Part shown: positions 45,001-54,074 of the stretch, in pieces
Position numbering within the stretch: the first letter of the stretch is position 1
Layout of the letters: each line of letters opens with the position of its first letter
IMG/VR virus record: IMGVR_UViG_3300028073_000008
Coordinates: 64,001 to 128,000 of that record
Length of the DNA: 64,000 bases
Direction: 5' to 3' (one strand)
DNA from: a virus
Made by a program: the position numbers and the translations under genes
The notes under the pieces: model-generated
The model's database searches: none
What the model was told of the DNA's origin: nothing
What the model saw: the letters and a program-made list of their open reading frames with translations, nothing else

Positions 45001-45731
45001 CTGCTTTCGATATCAGCGACTACTAAATTTTTTACATAAATGGTATTGCTGGTTATGTTGCCTCTAGTAGTCACAGACTGTAGATTGTCAGTTTCTGTAA
45101 CACCGAAACTTTCGAATTTTAATTCTTGTGGGCCGCCGCGTGTGATAGAAATACCACGCACAGGAGTTATAGTGATGCTTTGATTAGCACCTGCTGTGCT
45201 GCTAAGGTTGATATCTGTAGTTGCTAAAGGAACAGTCATGCTGTATTCAGCAGAGTTAATGTTCACAGATCCTGTATCTTGATCGATACCGTTGACAAAC
45301 ATACCAGCACCTAAAGTTATGTTTAGGCTGTCTCTGACACTTTTGGCTTCCAGGGTAGATCCAACAACAGGCAGTGTAGGATGGAAAAATCTCACAGTCC
45401 TAAAGGTGTCTATATAGGCTGTATCATAAGGAAAAGTATAATCAGCTACTAGCAAATGATTCGACCCAGATCCAACTGACAGCAGATCTATAGGAACGAT
45501 TTCCCTAGCATTTTGCTCAGTGGTTGCCAGTTTAAATGTGTTGGCTGTGAGATAGATAATGTAATACTTGTGTCCGTCTACTAATCCGCCTATACTGGTT
45601 CCGCCACCGTTATAATATATAACACCTTGATAATTATTGAATCCGTGGCTGTTCTTTGTAATTACGTCTGTACCAATGTTAACCGCTGTAGCAGGGTTAA
45701 ACGTTATCGGGCTAGTTGAAATCGCTGGCAT
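42042..45731 (-). CDS. Virion fibre/structural protein with internal repeats
   Basis: 1229 aa Thr/Gly/Asn-rich; repeated DLQ.KGGD.TT...FNL and a 140-aa tandem duplication. Confidence 0.8.
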   Translation of the reverse strand: MPAISTSPITFNPATAVNIGTDVITKNSHGFNNYQGVIYYNGGGTSIGGLVDGHKYYIIYLTANTFKLATTEQNAREIVPIDLLSVGSGSNHLLVADYTFPYDTAYIDTFRTVRFFHPTLPVVGSTLEAKSVRDSLNITLGAGMFVNGIDQDTGSVNINSAEYSMTVPLATTDINLSSTAGANQSITITPVRGISITRGGPQELKFESFGVTETDNLQSVTTRGNITSNTIYVKNLVVADIESSDGGLSGITISAGDNVTGTGTIGNPLLLSPDETQSSSAARTVTINFTAAGDGMLDYTAVYKVLDSIVSGSVVLQRQDPSTLIWSNLDSASGVVALQSYQISNIYSEVYNGAVNYRIIIDWTGNTGNVSYRIRVSFNPAPVTGVTMLTTDTDNQTLTLGSSGGTIYLNSRVDTNGLRIFENNIIGTNSNDDIVIDLNGTGALELRATTLKTDQTSFNLINTTATTLNIGGSATTITMGAATGTFNINNPTLTTPNLSTFNMNGANPSVSTTSTGTASVFNTNALTGNLFGAATAVNIGANSGTLTIGNPTITGTNATSLNLNGSSPSITTTSTGTVSVFNTNAVTGNLFGAATTIDIGASGGAGTLTIKNDNVVINGDLQVKGGDITTNQTSFNLIDGTATTVQAFGAATTLTFSTAGGTTTFRSDVVINQDLQIKGGDLTTNALTFNLLNTDATTINAFGAASTVNLATVGTTIEIGNSSGTTNINNNLVVDLDLQVKGGDITTDQTSFNLLNTTATTVNAFGAATTVSIGAATGTTTVNNALTASPANLNVTFSPTGTGTVTVNPATAGTINNMSIGVTTAAAGRFTTLKVKDTSAAFDLSVIPTSSTALTAGRSLTVDVINADRTVKLNGNIDLGGNLTTANALTTSGNFALTLTTTNTTNVTLPTTGTLATLAGSESLTNKKLGSLTSNGIVTTSGGDGTLSVTATTGSGSVVLGTSPTISGTSTSITNVGTFALRDTSAAFDLTIAATSSTALTAGRTLTLDVVNAARTVKLAGNIDIANNLTTSGNFALTLTTTASTSVTLPTTGTLATLAGSESLTNKKLGSLTSNGIVTTSGGDGTLSVLSTTGTGNVVLGSNPTLVSPTYGNSSSTSDADATVDASTTTFYAYVQSASGTARTINISNLTAGREVRIYLRNTNAATKAITITASTTASGFANVAMAGSFVGANAVGQVSASTITLAATSGTAMVTVFNANGTIAGSAV
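42471..43230 (-). repeat. 420-bp-period tandem duplication inside fibre gene
   Basis: DTSAAFDL...LTTSGNFALTLTTT...TLPTTGTLATLAGSESLTNKKLGSLTSNGIVTTSGGDGTLSV occurs twice. Confidence 0.85.
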
Positions 45732-45788
45732 TATCCTGTCCTTTTACCAAGTATTTATTGTTTTTGACAAAGGATAAATATTCGTACT

Positions 45789-47231
45789 ATGGAACAAACC
45801 AACATTGATCAAATACTCGGTGGCTTGGCTGATGAGCTAAAAGCCATTTCTGCTGCTAACAAAGTCACTGCGCCCGGAGAAATACTAGCTGTTATTGAAC
45901 AGAATCTAGCTAGTCTTTTCAGGAATGTACCCTACGGTTCATTGAGCGGAGACCACATAGAAGGCGGAAAAATCAAAAATTTCAGCAGCTCTGGTATAAG
46001 AGATTCTGCTACAAAAACTGTTCTGACTATCGACGACACAGGAATCAAAACTAGAAATGCCAGCATCGACAACGTTGATTCCAATCTAAATGTATCTAAA
46101 ACATTGACTGCCAACGAGCTAGTAGTAGTCAACGATCTCACAGTATCAGGCATTTTAAGAGCCAATTTAGAAGTAGACTACAAAAAAATACTCAATCAGA
46201 TTCCGCAAAGAGCCTTTACAGGCGATATGATCGCAGGCGGTACTATAAGAAACTTTGCTAGTACCGGTATACGAGATGTAGCTACTAGTCCAAAGATCGT
46301 AGTCCAAGATGATGCTGTAGCGATAGAAGCACTCAAGACTCCTTTAATCAAAGGCGATGTCGCTGTAGAAAACTCACTCACAGTCAAAGATGCCAGGATT
46401 ACTGGCACACTTACTGCTGAAGTAATTACTGTAAAAGAATTAAGAACTGATATCAGGATTGAAAGATCTACACCATTAGAATTCGTAGAGACAGCAGACA
46501 GTCCTATCATAGGAAAAGGGCTAGTTTGGAAAAGCGGTAAGAGTCCTAAACAACTGATATTAAAAGATCAAGAAACTATTTGGTCTTCACAAAATATAGA
46601 TCTAGCACAAGAACGTTCTTACATGATAGACAGTGTGTCTGTGCTGAGTGTAAAAGAACTTGGGCCCACAGTTTCCAAGAGCAGACTCAAAGAAGTCGGC
46701 AATCTTAATAAACTAACAGTGTTGGGAGATGTAAACTTCAATGATGTATTCGTTTACAATTCTGTCAGCGATAGGATTGGTATAGGCATAGAACAAGGAC
46801 ACAGCAAGCTATCTGTATTCGAGCATAATGTAGAAATCATGGTAGGCACTAAAGATCAAAGCAAGGCTGTGATCGGAACTTTTGCCAGCAATGAATTACA
46901 TCTAGTCACAGATGATACTTCAAGGATCGTGATTGACGGCTCTGGTAATACCACAGTGGGCGATGCCAATAATCCAAAACAGGTCAAGATATTTGGCAAG
47001 GTTAGTATAGGTATCAAGAATCCAGATCCTTCAGTTTCACTACATGTCGACGGACCTATCAGGATCGCAGATCGACTACAGTCATATGGTTCAGCAGCAC
47101 CTATCTATGGTACTTACAAGAAAGGTGATATTGTTTGGAATTCAGAACCTGCTATCAATCAACCCATAGGTTGGGTATGTGTAGCAGACGGTAGCCCTGG
47201 TATCTGGGCCAAGTTTGGTATGATCGGATAA
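45789..47231 (+). CDS. Putative structural protein
   Basis: Duplicated GD.I.GG.I.NF.S.GIRD.AT; C-terminal KGDIVWNSEP...GWVC...G.W..FG. Confidence 0.7.
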   Translation: MEQTNIDQILGGLADELKAISAANKVTAPGEILAVIEQNLASLFRNVPYGSLSGDHIEGGKIKNFSSSGIRDSATKTVLTIDDTGIKTRNASIDNVDSNLNVSKTLTANELVVVNDLTVSGILRANLEVDYKKILNQIPQRAFTGDMIAGGTIRNFASTGIRDVATSPKIVVQDDAVAIEALKTPLIKGDVAVENSLTVKDARITGTLTAEVITVKELRTDIRIERSTPLEFVETADSPIIGKGLVWKSGKSPKQLILKDQETIWSSQNIDLAQERSYMIDSVSVLSVKELGPTVSKSRLKEVGNLNKLTVLGDVNFNDVFVYNSVSDRIGIGIEQGHSKLSVFEHNVEIMVGTKDQSKAVIGTFASNELHLVTDDTSRIVIDGSGNTTVGDANNPKQVKIFGKVSIGIKNPDPSVSLHVDGPIRIADRLQSYGSAAPIYGTYKKGDIVWNSEPAINQPIGWVCVADGSPGIWAKFGMIG

Positions 47232-47233
47232 AG

Positions 47234-47824
47234 ATGCCAGTCCTAGCGATAGGAAACGGTGAAAGCCGAACAAACATAGATCTAACACCGTATACTAAAA
47301 AATATCTCACAGTAGGTTGTAATGCTCTGATCAGAGACTACGATGTCGATCATCTGGTCTGTGTAGATCGAAGAATGGTCACGGAAGCAGTAGCATTAAA
47401 CAAACAATGTCGCATCTATACTAGACCAGATTGGATCGATCAATTTCAATCATATCCCCAAGTAACTACGGTACCCAAATTGCCTTATAAAGGTGATCAA
47501 AGAGCAGACGAGCCATTCCAATGGGGTAGTGGACCTTATGCTATATTGCTAGCTGCCAATCTATGTACAGACACAGTATACATGATGTCTTTTGATCTAT
47601 ATGGAAAAGTAGACAAGGTCAACAACGTGTACAAAGGTACATCCAATTATGTCAAAGACGATTCTCATGCTATAGATCCTAGTTATTGGATACATCAAAC
47701 CAAAAAAGTATTCGAAAGTTTTCCAGAGTTAACATTTGTGATAGTCAACGATGATGATTGGCCTAATCCATTAGAATGGCGACTGCCCAATGTGGAACTA
47801 ATCAGTTTTAAAGATTTCTCTTGA
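47234..47824 (+). CDS. Hypothetical protein (possible glycosyltransferase-related Rossmann fold)
   Basis: AIGNGESR...GCNA...D.LVCVD...SG. Confidence 0.6.
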   Translation: MPVLAIGNGESRTNIDLTPYTKKYLTVGCNALIRDYDVDHLVCVDRRMVTEAVALNKQCRIYTRPDWIDQFQSYPQVTTVPKLPYKGDQRADEPFQWGSGPYAILLAANLCTDTVYMMSFDLYGKVDKVNNVYKGTSNYVKDDSHAIDPSYWIHQTKKVFESFPELTFVIVNDDDWPNPLEWRLPNVELISFKDFS

Positions 47825-47862
47825 CCATGTTATAAATATCCTGTAACATTATTAAATGTTAC

Positions 47863-47904
47863 GAGGACTAAGACGCTCACCCCTCTTTAAATACTCTGCG
47901 TGTC
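47863..47904 (+). promoter_or_regulatory. Candidate H-type pseudoknot in queD 5' leader
   Basis: GAGG/CCTC stem, loop GACGC pairing with GCGT(G)TC after an AU-rich linker; downstream of TATAAATA (47831). Confidence 0.4.
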
Positions 47905-47938
47905 ATCAAACTTGCTCATTTGTTACAGGAGACTAGAG

Positions 47939-48478
47939 ATGGCAAAATATTACTCAACAAAAACTTACGGCAATGACAGAGGGCTGTCATGCTGTTTTAG
48001 ACAATGGCGTTCAACACATAGCCATTGTTCACTATTACACGGTTACTCTATCGGAATCAAACTGATTTTTGAAAGTGAAACCCTAGATGATCGCAATTGG
48101 GTCATGGACTTTGGAGGTCTAAAGGCATTCAAAGAATGGTCAGAATTTATGTTTGATCATACCTTGGTAGTCGCCCATGATGATCCTCATCTTGAAAAAT
48201 TTCAAACGCTAGCAGAATTGGGTTTGAATGATGTAGGAGGGATCTGCGATCTACGTGTAGTCGACGGAGTCGGTTGTGAAAAGTTTGCCGAATTGGCATA
48301 CAAAACAATGGACGATATCTTGAAAACGTTCCAAGCAGGTAAAGTTTGGCGTTACACTGATCATAGAAACAATTACCTAAAAGCGTTCGAACCTCGCTAT
48401 CCTGTAGGCAGCGGTGTGAGGATCAAGAGCGCAGAAGTATTCGAACACGCAGGTAATTCCGCGATCTACGAAGGTTAA
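47939..48478 (+). CDS. queD: 6-carboxytetrahydropterin / 6-pyruvoyl-tetrahydropterin synthase
   Basis: CSLLHGY...WVMDFGGLK...FDH...E..A...VFEHAGNSA; AGGAGA SD. Confidence 0.85.
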   Translation: MAKYYSTKTYGNDRGLSCCFRQWRSTHSHCSLLHGYSIGIKLIFESETLDDRNWVMDFGGLKAFKEWSEFMFDHTLVVAHDDPHLEKFQTLAELGLNDVGGICDLRVVDGVGCEKFAELAYKTMDDILKTFQAGKVWRYTDHRNNYLKAFEPRYPVGSGVRIKSAEVFEHAGNSAIYEG

Positions 48479-48480
48479 TC

Positions 48481-49179
48481 ATGCTCAATGTGATCTGTTT
48501 AAAACACGGAACCAAGTACAGTTCCGATTATGTAAACAGATTGTATAACATGATCGAGAGGCATCTAACGGTGCCTCATCGTTTTGTCTGCTTCACAGAC
48601 GATCCTTCAAATCTAAACACAGCTATCGAAATACGTATGCTGCCAGACAATCACCTACAAGGTTGGTGGTGGAAACCATATGTATTCAAAAAAGATCATT
48701 TTCCAGAAGGAGATACTTGCTTCTTTATAGATCTAGATATGGTCATTGTACGAAACATCGATCATTTGATTTCCTATAGGTCAGGAGATTTTGTAGGACT
48801 GAGAGACCCTGGTCGTGTGTTTAGGAGAGATTATCAAAAATTAGGCAGCGCAGTCATGCGTTGGCCAGCAGGAAAATTTTCTAATATATGGGATGATTTT
48901 GTAGTCAAATTTGAAACTATCTGCGCTAGACTACACGGAGATCAAGATTGGATATATGATCTACACAAAAATAACATTTACTTCTATCCAGACGAATGGA
49001 TCAAAAGTTATAAATGGGAAGTACGAACTAGGGATGAAATTTTAGGCTTCGGTAAGAATTCAAAATTTAAATTCGTATCTAATCCCAAAGTTTTAAAAGA
49101 AACTGCTGTGTTGGCCTTCCACGGGTATCCTATGGTACACGAAGTTCAAGATCCTATTATCGTAGACAATTGGAGATAG
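48481..49179 (+). CDS. Glycosyltransferase (GT-A fold)
   Basis: VICLKHGTKY...FVCFTD...WWWK...DLD...GDQDWI...FHG. Confidence 0.8.
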   Translation: MLNVICLKHGTKYSSDYVNRLYNMIERHLTVPHRFVCFTDDPSNLNTAIEIRMLPDNHLQGWWWKPYVFKKDHFPEGDTCFFIDLDMVIVRNIDHLISYRSGDFVGLRDPGRVFRRDYQKLGSAVMRWPAGKFSNIWDDFVVKFETICARLHGDQDWIYDLHKNNIYFYPDEWIKSYKWEVRTRDEILGFGKNSKFKFVSNPKVLKETAVLAFHGYPMVHEVQDPIIVDNWR

Positions 49180-49979
49180 GGCGAAAGCAGGCTCTGAGGA
49201 ATGCCTTCTCTCATTTCATCTTCAGTCCATTCACACCAACAAATATCATTAGCCCATTGTTCTCTATCCAATCTTGGTAGATTTTCGATCAAAGAAATAT
49301 CAGTAGCAGAAACAGGTGCTGCCAAACTGCTTCTATCTACTATAGCCGGAACTCCTGCTATAACAGATTCGATACCAGGATTGCTATTATGGTTAATAAC
49401 ACAATAGGCATCCAGAAGTTCTTGTTGGAAAGGTTTAGAATCGTCAACTTCCACTCCACTAACCGCAAACTTAAATCTAGGATGTTGGCGCAACACTATA
49501 TTCCTGTCTGTATACTTTCGAACTTCTTCTATTATATTTTTGGTCCAGGTAATAGGATCAGGCTGACCTGCCCACTGTTGGCTGTGTGCGTGTTGAGAAC
49601 ATATGATTATCTTTCCGTCATTGTTCTTCCAAGGCTGTAGTTCTATTCCTAATTTCTTTCTACGTGTCGAATCTTTTGGACCTTGTACAAAATAGTGTCC
49701 TGCGTTTATGCCGTTGACTCCTATCTTCCAAGTGATATCTCTTTTCAGTCCGCCGATTTCCAAAACTACTACCGGCTTGTTTTGGGCTCTATATGAATCA
49801 AAAACAGCTTTGTTGAATCTCATACGACCATACCAAAGCACACTCCAGATAACGGCTACGTCACCGTCTCCGGAATTATAAACGACTTCGTGTCGAAATT
49901 TTTTCAAACCTCGAGCAAAGGATTCGAATATGGGCGGACTATTCATGGCCCCGAAATTGGTGTAGAGATCAAATTTCAT
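49146..49979 (-). CDS. Glycosyltransferase-like / capsule-synthesis-type protein
   Basis: LRQHP...NSNPGIESVIAGVP. Confidence 0.7.
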   Translation of the reverse strand: MKFDLYTNFGAMNSPPIFESFARGLKKFRHEVVYNSGDGDVAVIWSVLWYGRMRFNKAVFDSYRAQNKPVVVLEIGGLKRDITWKIGVNGINAGHYFVQGPKDSTRRKKLGIELQPWKNNDGKIIICSQHAHSQQWAGQPDPITWTKNIIEEVRKYTDRNIVLRQHPRFKFAVSGVEVDDSKPFQQELLDAYCVINHNSNPGIESVIAGVPAIVDRSSLAAPVSATDISLIENLPRLDREQWANDICWCEWTEDEMREGIPQSLLSPYLQLSTIIGS

Positions 49980-49989
49980 ACTGTATATA

Positions 49990-50018
49990 TTGACTTATAG
50001 CTCTGTTGATAGTATAAT
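49990..50018 (+). promoter_or_regulatory. Sigma70-type promoter (likely leaderless transcript)
   Basis: TTGACT-N17-TATAAT, ATG 6 nt downstream. Confidence 0.8.
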
Positions 50019-50024
50019 AAGACT

Positions 50025-50486
50025 ATGACTAAGACTATCTTCTATAAAAAAGTAGGACGCCGTTATGTTCCGGTTTCGGAATATGACAGCGAATATTTGG
50101 ATAGCTTTCCAAAAGGAAATCATTTGGTCAGTGTATATCCGGGAGGTTCTAGTCGAAGATTCAATATCAATCCAAACTACGCTGCTATGATCGCAGCAGG
50201 CCGAATTGCCGAAGATGCTATCAGTCGTGCTGTCTATCAAGCGACAGAAGTCCGACCAAAACGCAAAGCTATGACCCAGGCAGAAATAGATGCTTGGAAC
50301 AATCTTATCAAAGTATGGGGAGAAGAAGCTCGTGGCCTTGTTCACCCATCTGCTAGAGAAGTTGCTGAAGTCGGAGTCGCTGCTATGGTAGAAGAAGCTG
50401 AAAAACTTTTACAAAACGAAAGTGTTCGCAAGGCATATGAACATTTTATGCTAATGTGCGAACTTACCAAGGATAAAAATGACTAA
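50025..50486 (+). CDS. Hypothetical phage protein
   Basis: 153 aa ORF. Confidence 0.8.
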   Translation: MTKTIFYKKVGRRYVPVSEYDSEYLDSFPKGNHLVSVYPGGSSRRFNINPNYAAMIAAGRIAEDAISRAVYQATEVRPKRKAMTQAEIDAWNNLIKVWGEEARGLVHPSAREVAEVGVAAMVEEAEKLLQNESVRKAYEHFMLMCELTKDKND

Positions 50487-50889
50487 GATTGGTTTTACTT
50501 GCTCTACGTTTGATCTGTTCCACGCAGGTCATGTGATGATGCTAGAAGAAGCTAAAACAAAATGCGATTATCTAATTGTGGGATTACAGACCGATCCCAC
50601 ACTAGATCGGCCACACAAGAATAAACCTGTACAAGGTGTATTTGAAAGGTGGGTACAGCTTAATGGCTGTAAGCATGTGGATCAGATCGTTCCATATGCT
50701 ACAGAACAAGAGCTCTACGATATCTTGAATTCTTTTCCTATTGATGTTAGAATATTAGGAGAAGAATACATAGACAAAGATTTTACTGGCAGCGGTCTAC
50801 CGATGGAATATCATTTCAATAGACGCAGGCACAGTTTTTCCACAACCGAATTAAGACAGCGTGTAGTTGACGCAGAAAGCAACAAATGA
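50479..50889 (+). CDS. Cytidylyltransferase (glycerol-3-phosphate cytidylyltransferase-like)
   Basis: FDLFHAGH; R.H.FSTT.LR. Confidence 0.88.
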   Translation: MTKIGFTCSTFDLFHAGHVMMLEEAKTKCDYLIVGLQTDPTLDRPHKNKPVQGVFERWVQLNGCKHVDQIVPYATEQELYDILNSFPIDVRILGEEYIDKDFTGSGLPMEYHFNRRRHSFSTTELRQRVVDAESNK

Positions 50890-51914
50890 CTAAACGTATA
50901 GGGTTTGCCTGTAAATGGATCGACGGTCCTAGCCAAATCGACGGCATCAAACAGAAGGACGACTGTAAGCAGTACAATACAGGTAGCACCACTGTGGCAT
51001 GGTTAAATAGACAGACGAGAGAAGTAGCAGAACAAAAGCTATGGGATCTAGCTAATGCTAATATCGAAGCTACTCGTAAACTTGTCGAACGTGTAGGAGA
51101 ATTACCCGATGAACTCCGTATGGTCCGCCTTAGCAGTGATATTCTTCCTGTCTACACTGAGCCTAGCTGGTCTTACTATTATCGTCAGCCTGATGTCCGC
51201 TTACATCTTGAAAGAGCCTTTTCGAGTGTGGGCGATCTGGGACGCAGTCGGGGGGTACGCCTTAGCTTTCACCCTGGTCAATTTTGTGTGTTGGCTAGTG
51301 ATAATGATGACGTTGTTAGTCGCTCTATAGAGGAGTTCGAATATCATGTGGACATGGCTCGCTGGATGGGATATGGCAAAACGTTTCAAGACTTTAAAAT
51401 CAATGTTCATATCGCAGGCCGACAAGGCCCAATGGGAATACGTGCTGCGTTGGCTAGGATGACTCCCGAGGCCCGTAACACGCTAACTATCGAAAATGAT
51501 GAAATGACTTGGGGCATAGAAGACAGCATCGAGCTAGTCAACGATTGTGCCCTTGTACTAGATATACATCATCATTGGGTAAACTCAGGAGAATATATCG
51601 ATGCTAATGACGACCGTGTTAAAAGGATTATTGATAGCTGGCGGGGTGCTAGCCGCCCTGTGCTTCATTACTCTGTCAGCCGTGAAGATATATTGGTTGG
51701 ACACGACATGTATACCCTTCCTGATATGGCCCAACTGCTGAGCCAAGGATACAAAAAACAAAAACTCAGAGCTCATTCTAACTTTTACTGGAATCAACCA
51801 GCAAACGAATGGGCTCTGAGTTTCCGAGACAACTTCGATATCATGTGCGAGAGCAAAGCTAAAAATCTAGCTAGTTTCGCACTATACGAAGAAGCGCAAC
51901 AGTTAGGCTGCTGA
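50886..51914 (+). CDS. uvsE: UV damage endonuclease
   Basis: RIGFACK; RLSSD; SFHPGQF; IEND; LDIHH; HYS; RAHS; MCESKAK. Confidence 0.9.
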   Translation: MTKRIGFACKWIDGPSQIDGIKQKDDCKQYNTGSTTVAWLNRQTREVAEQKLWDLANANIEATRKLVERVGELPDELRMVRLSSDILPVYTEPSWSYYYRQPDVRLHLERAFSSVGDLGRSRGVRLSFHPGQFCVLASDNDDVVSRSIEEFEYHVDMARWMGYGKTFQDFKINVHIAGRQGPMGIRAALARMTPEARNTLTIENDEMTWGIEDSIELVNDCALVLDIHHHWVNSGEYIDANDDRVKRIIDSWRGASRPVLHYSVSREDILVGHDMYTLPDMAQLLSQGYKKQKLRAHSNFYWNQPANEWALSFRDNFDIMCESKAKNLASFALYEEAQQLGC

Positions 51915-52172
51915 TTTTGGTTTACGGCCGCGTTTAGGCGTTCCTTCTTTCTTCTGAGCAGGCTTCTTAGCAGGAGCCTTTTTCTTTGGAGTAGGAATGC
52001 TCTTTACAGCAGCTTCTGTAGCAGCTTCAGCTACGCTAACTGGTGGTTCAACTTTATATGGGGCTACTGGTGTAGAATTAGCTACAGCTACCGCAGAACT
52101 ATCTGTAGTAGGACTGCCTGCCGGTAATACAGTTGTACCAAACCCAAAAAGCTGTTTTAGAAATTTAATCAT
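51903..52172 (-). CDS. Small protein with Lys/Pro/Ala-rich tail
   Basis: AGGAGA SD and TAAATA upstream. Confidence 0.7.
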   Translation of the reverse strand: MIKFLKQLFGFGTTVLPAGSPTTDSSAVAVANSTPVAPYKVEPPVSVAEAATEAAVKSIPTPKKKAPAKKPAQKKEGTPKRGRKPKSAA

Positions 52173-52212
52173 GTTAATCTCCTTACAGCCTATTTAGCTG
52201 GTAAATATAGTC

Positions 52213-52770
52213 ATGAAGGACATAAAGACCTATATCAATTTAATAGAAGTAGCAGACAAACAGCTCAGGCAAGAGCCACTGCCTTATAAAAGAACCGAGC
52301 TAGATCCTGTTTTGAGTGAAAAAACTCTGGATTATCATTATGGTAAGCTAGCTAAAGCCTACGTAGAACGTTACAATAAAGGTGAAGGTGATTCAGATTT
52401 TAATAAAGGCGGAGCAGTACTACATAACATTTATTTTTCACAGCTAAAGCCGCCCGGTGGTGCTAATCGCCCATTCGGTGCTAGTGAAGAACTTATAGAA
52501 AGAAAATACAAATCGTTCGACAGTTTTAAAGAAGAATTTTTAAAAACTGCTATGACTATACAGGGCAGCGGTTGGGTGTTTATGGACAGACAAGGTGAAA
52601 TAAAGACTATAAAAAATCATAATATCACCGGTGATCCTACTAGGATAGCACTGTTAGTAGATTGGTGGGAACACGCTTGGGCATTAGATTACCAAGCAGA
52701 CAAAGACAAATATATGAATAACTTTTGGCGCATAATAGATTGGGCCATAGTAAATGATAGATTACAATAA
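52213..52770 (+). CDS. sod: Fe/Mn superoxide dismutase
   Basis: LPY...HYGK...LHN...GSGW...DWWEHAW (first helix His region atypical). Confidence 0.85.
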   Translation: MKDIKTYINLIEVADKQLRQEPLPYKRTELDPVLSEKTLDYHYGKLAKAYVERYNKGEGDSDFNKGGAVLHNIYFSQLKPPGGANRPFGASEELIERKYKSFDSFKEEFLKTAMTIQGSGWVFMDRQGEIKTIKNHNITGDPTRIALLVDWWEHAWALDYQADKDKYMNNFWRIIDWAIVNDRLQ

Positions 52771-52786
52771 CTAAAGGAGACCAAAC

Positions 52787-52903
52787 ATGTTAGAAACAGT
52801 ATTTTGGATTTTAGTAGGTGCATTCGTGGGCTGGCATATTCCACAGCCATCTTGGGCTAAGGCTTTGGAAGATAAAGTCAAAGGTTTTTTTATTAAGGAC
52901 TAA
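52787..52903 (+). CDS. 38-aa membrane peptide (MLETVFWILVGAFVGWHIPQPSWAK...)
   Basis: AAGGAG SD; TM helix; not in the ORF track. Confidence 0.7.
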   Translation: MLETVFWILVGAFVGWHIPQPSWAKALEDKVKGFFIKD

Positions 52904-52905
52904 TC

Positions 52906-53325
52906 GTGGCATATAGCAACCAGGTTATTGATCATTATGAAAACCCCCGCAATGTGGGTAGTCTTGATAAGTCTGATCCTACCGTTGGTACTGGTATGGT
53001 TGGGGCACCTGCTTGCGGCGATGTGATGAAACTTCAAATAAAGGTAGATGAAAATGGAATCATCGAAGACGCAAAGTTTAAAACCTACGGGTGCGGTTCG
53101 GCGATTGCGAGTAGCTCGCTCGTTACCGAATGGCTTAAAGGTAAGACGCTCGACCAAGCGGGTACGATTAAAAATTCGGCTATCGCAGCAGAACTCGCTT
53201 TGCCCCCCGTCAAGATCCACTGCTCTATCCTCGCAGAAGATGCTATTAAATCAGCCATTGAAGATTATCGTAGAAAGCAAAGAGAAACTGAATTAAATGA
53301 TAACACTGTCGGAACTAGCAGCTGA
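52906..53325 (+). CDS. iscU: Fe-S cluster scaffold IscU
   Basis: [10 protein letters not shown]; APACGDVM; [11 protein letters not shown]; LPPVKIHCS. Confidence 0.95.
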   Translation: MAYSNQVIDHYENPRNVGSLDKSDPTVGTGMVGAPACGDVMKLQIKVDENGIIEDAKFKTYGCGSAIASSSLVTEWLKGKTLDQAGTIKNSAIAAELALPPVKIHCSILAEDAIKSAIEDYRRKQRETELNDNTVGTSS

Positions 53326-53617
53326 AAAAGTAAAGACACAGTTAGAACGCAGAGGCAAAGGATTGGGCATAAGAGTAGGAGTAAAAAACTCCGGATGTTC
53401 AGGTCTTGCTTATGTTTTAGAATATGTCGACACTCCAAACGAGCATGATGACGTTTGGCAAAGCAATGGTGTTAACATTTACACAGATAAGAAATCTCTA
53501 GTGTACCTGCTAGGTTTAGAAATGGATTGGATCAAAAACGGACTTAACGAAGGGTTTGATTTTAAAAACCCCAACGAAACTGCTCGCTGCGGGTGTGGGG
53601 AAAGTTTCAAAGTATAG
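53297..53617 (+). CDS. iscA: Fe-S cluster carrier IscA
   Basis: SGCSGLAY...NPN...CGCGESF. Confidence 0.93.
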   Translation: MITLSELAAEKVKTQLERRGKGLGIRVGVKNSGCSGLAYVLEYVDTPNEHDDVWQSNGVNIYTDKKSLVYLLGLEMDWIKNGLNEGFDFKNPNETARCGCGESFKV

Positions 53618-53618
53618 A

Positions 53619-53714
53619 ACACCTACCTTAGGACGTTATCGTTACATAGGTGTGCCCGGCTGCTGGGCGAGGATGATAGTAGGAGTCGTGCCCGAGGGCA
53701 TCCTTAAGTGAGCA
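53619..53714 (+). ncRNA. Unassigned structured RNA
   Basis: ACACCTA/TAGGTGT, GCCCGG/CTGGGC, AGGATG/CATCCT helices in a GC-rich intergenic gap. Confidence 0.45.
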
Positions 53715-54002
53715 TTAATATTTGCTAACAGGTAACAGACTGCTAGCGGGCATGTCCCATATCTTTTTCCTATCTACTCCTTTTTTCTGTGCGAAACGTT
53801 TAACATCGCACTTTGAGCAGCAATGGAAATAATTGTTACTTAGACGCCTATGGTCTATGTGTTTTAGATCTCTTTCAAATTCTTCATCACAACTGTCGCA
53901 ACGGAATACCGCCACAGTCTTTTCTCTCGTATAGACATGATCCTTACCTAGCTTGCTAGGTCTAGTGTATTCTGTGGTACGTGTCAGTTGTTTCAAGTAC
54001 AT
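53715..54002 (-). CDS. Small Zn-finger protein
   Basis: CDSC...CSKC. Confidence 0.7.
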   Translation of the reverse strand: MYLKQLTRTTEYTRPSKLGKDHVYTREKTVAVFRCDSCDEEFERDLKHIDHRRLSNNYFHCCSKCDVKRFAQKKGVDRKKIWDMPASSLLPVSKY

Positions 54003-54074
54003 AAGATATTTACATTCGGCTTATAGAATTTTGGGCTAAATATTAGGAGCAAGTAGCTTTTTCCGGAGTTTATA

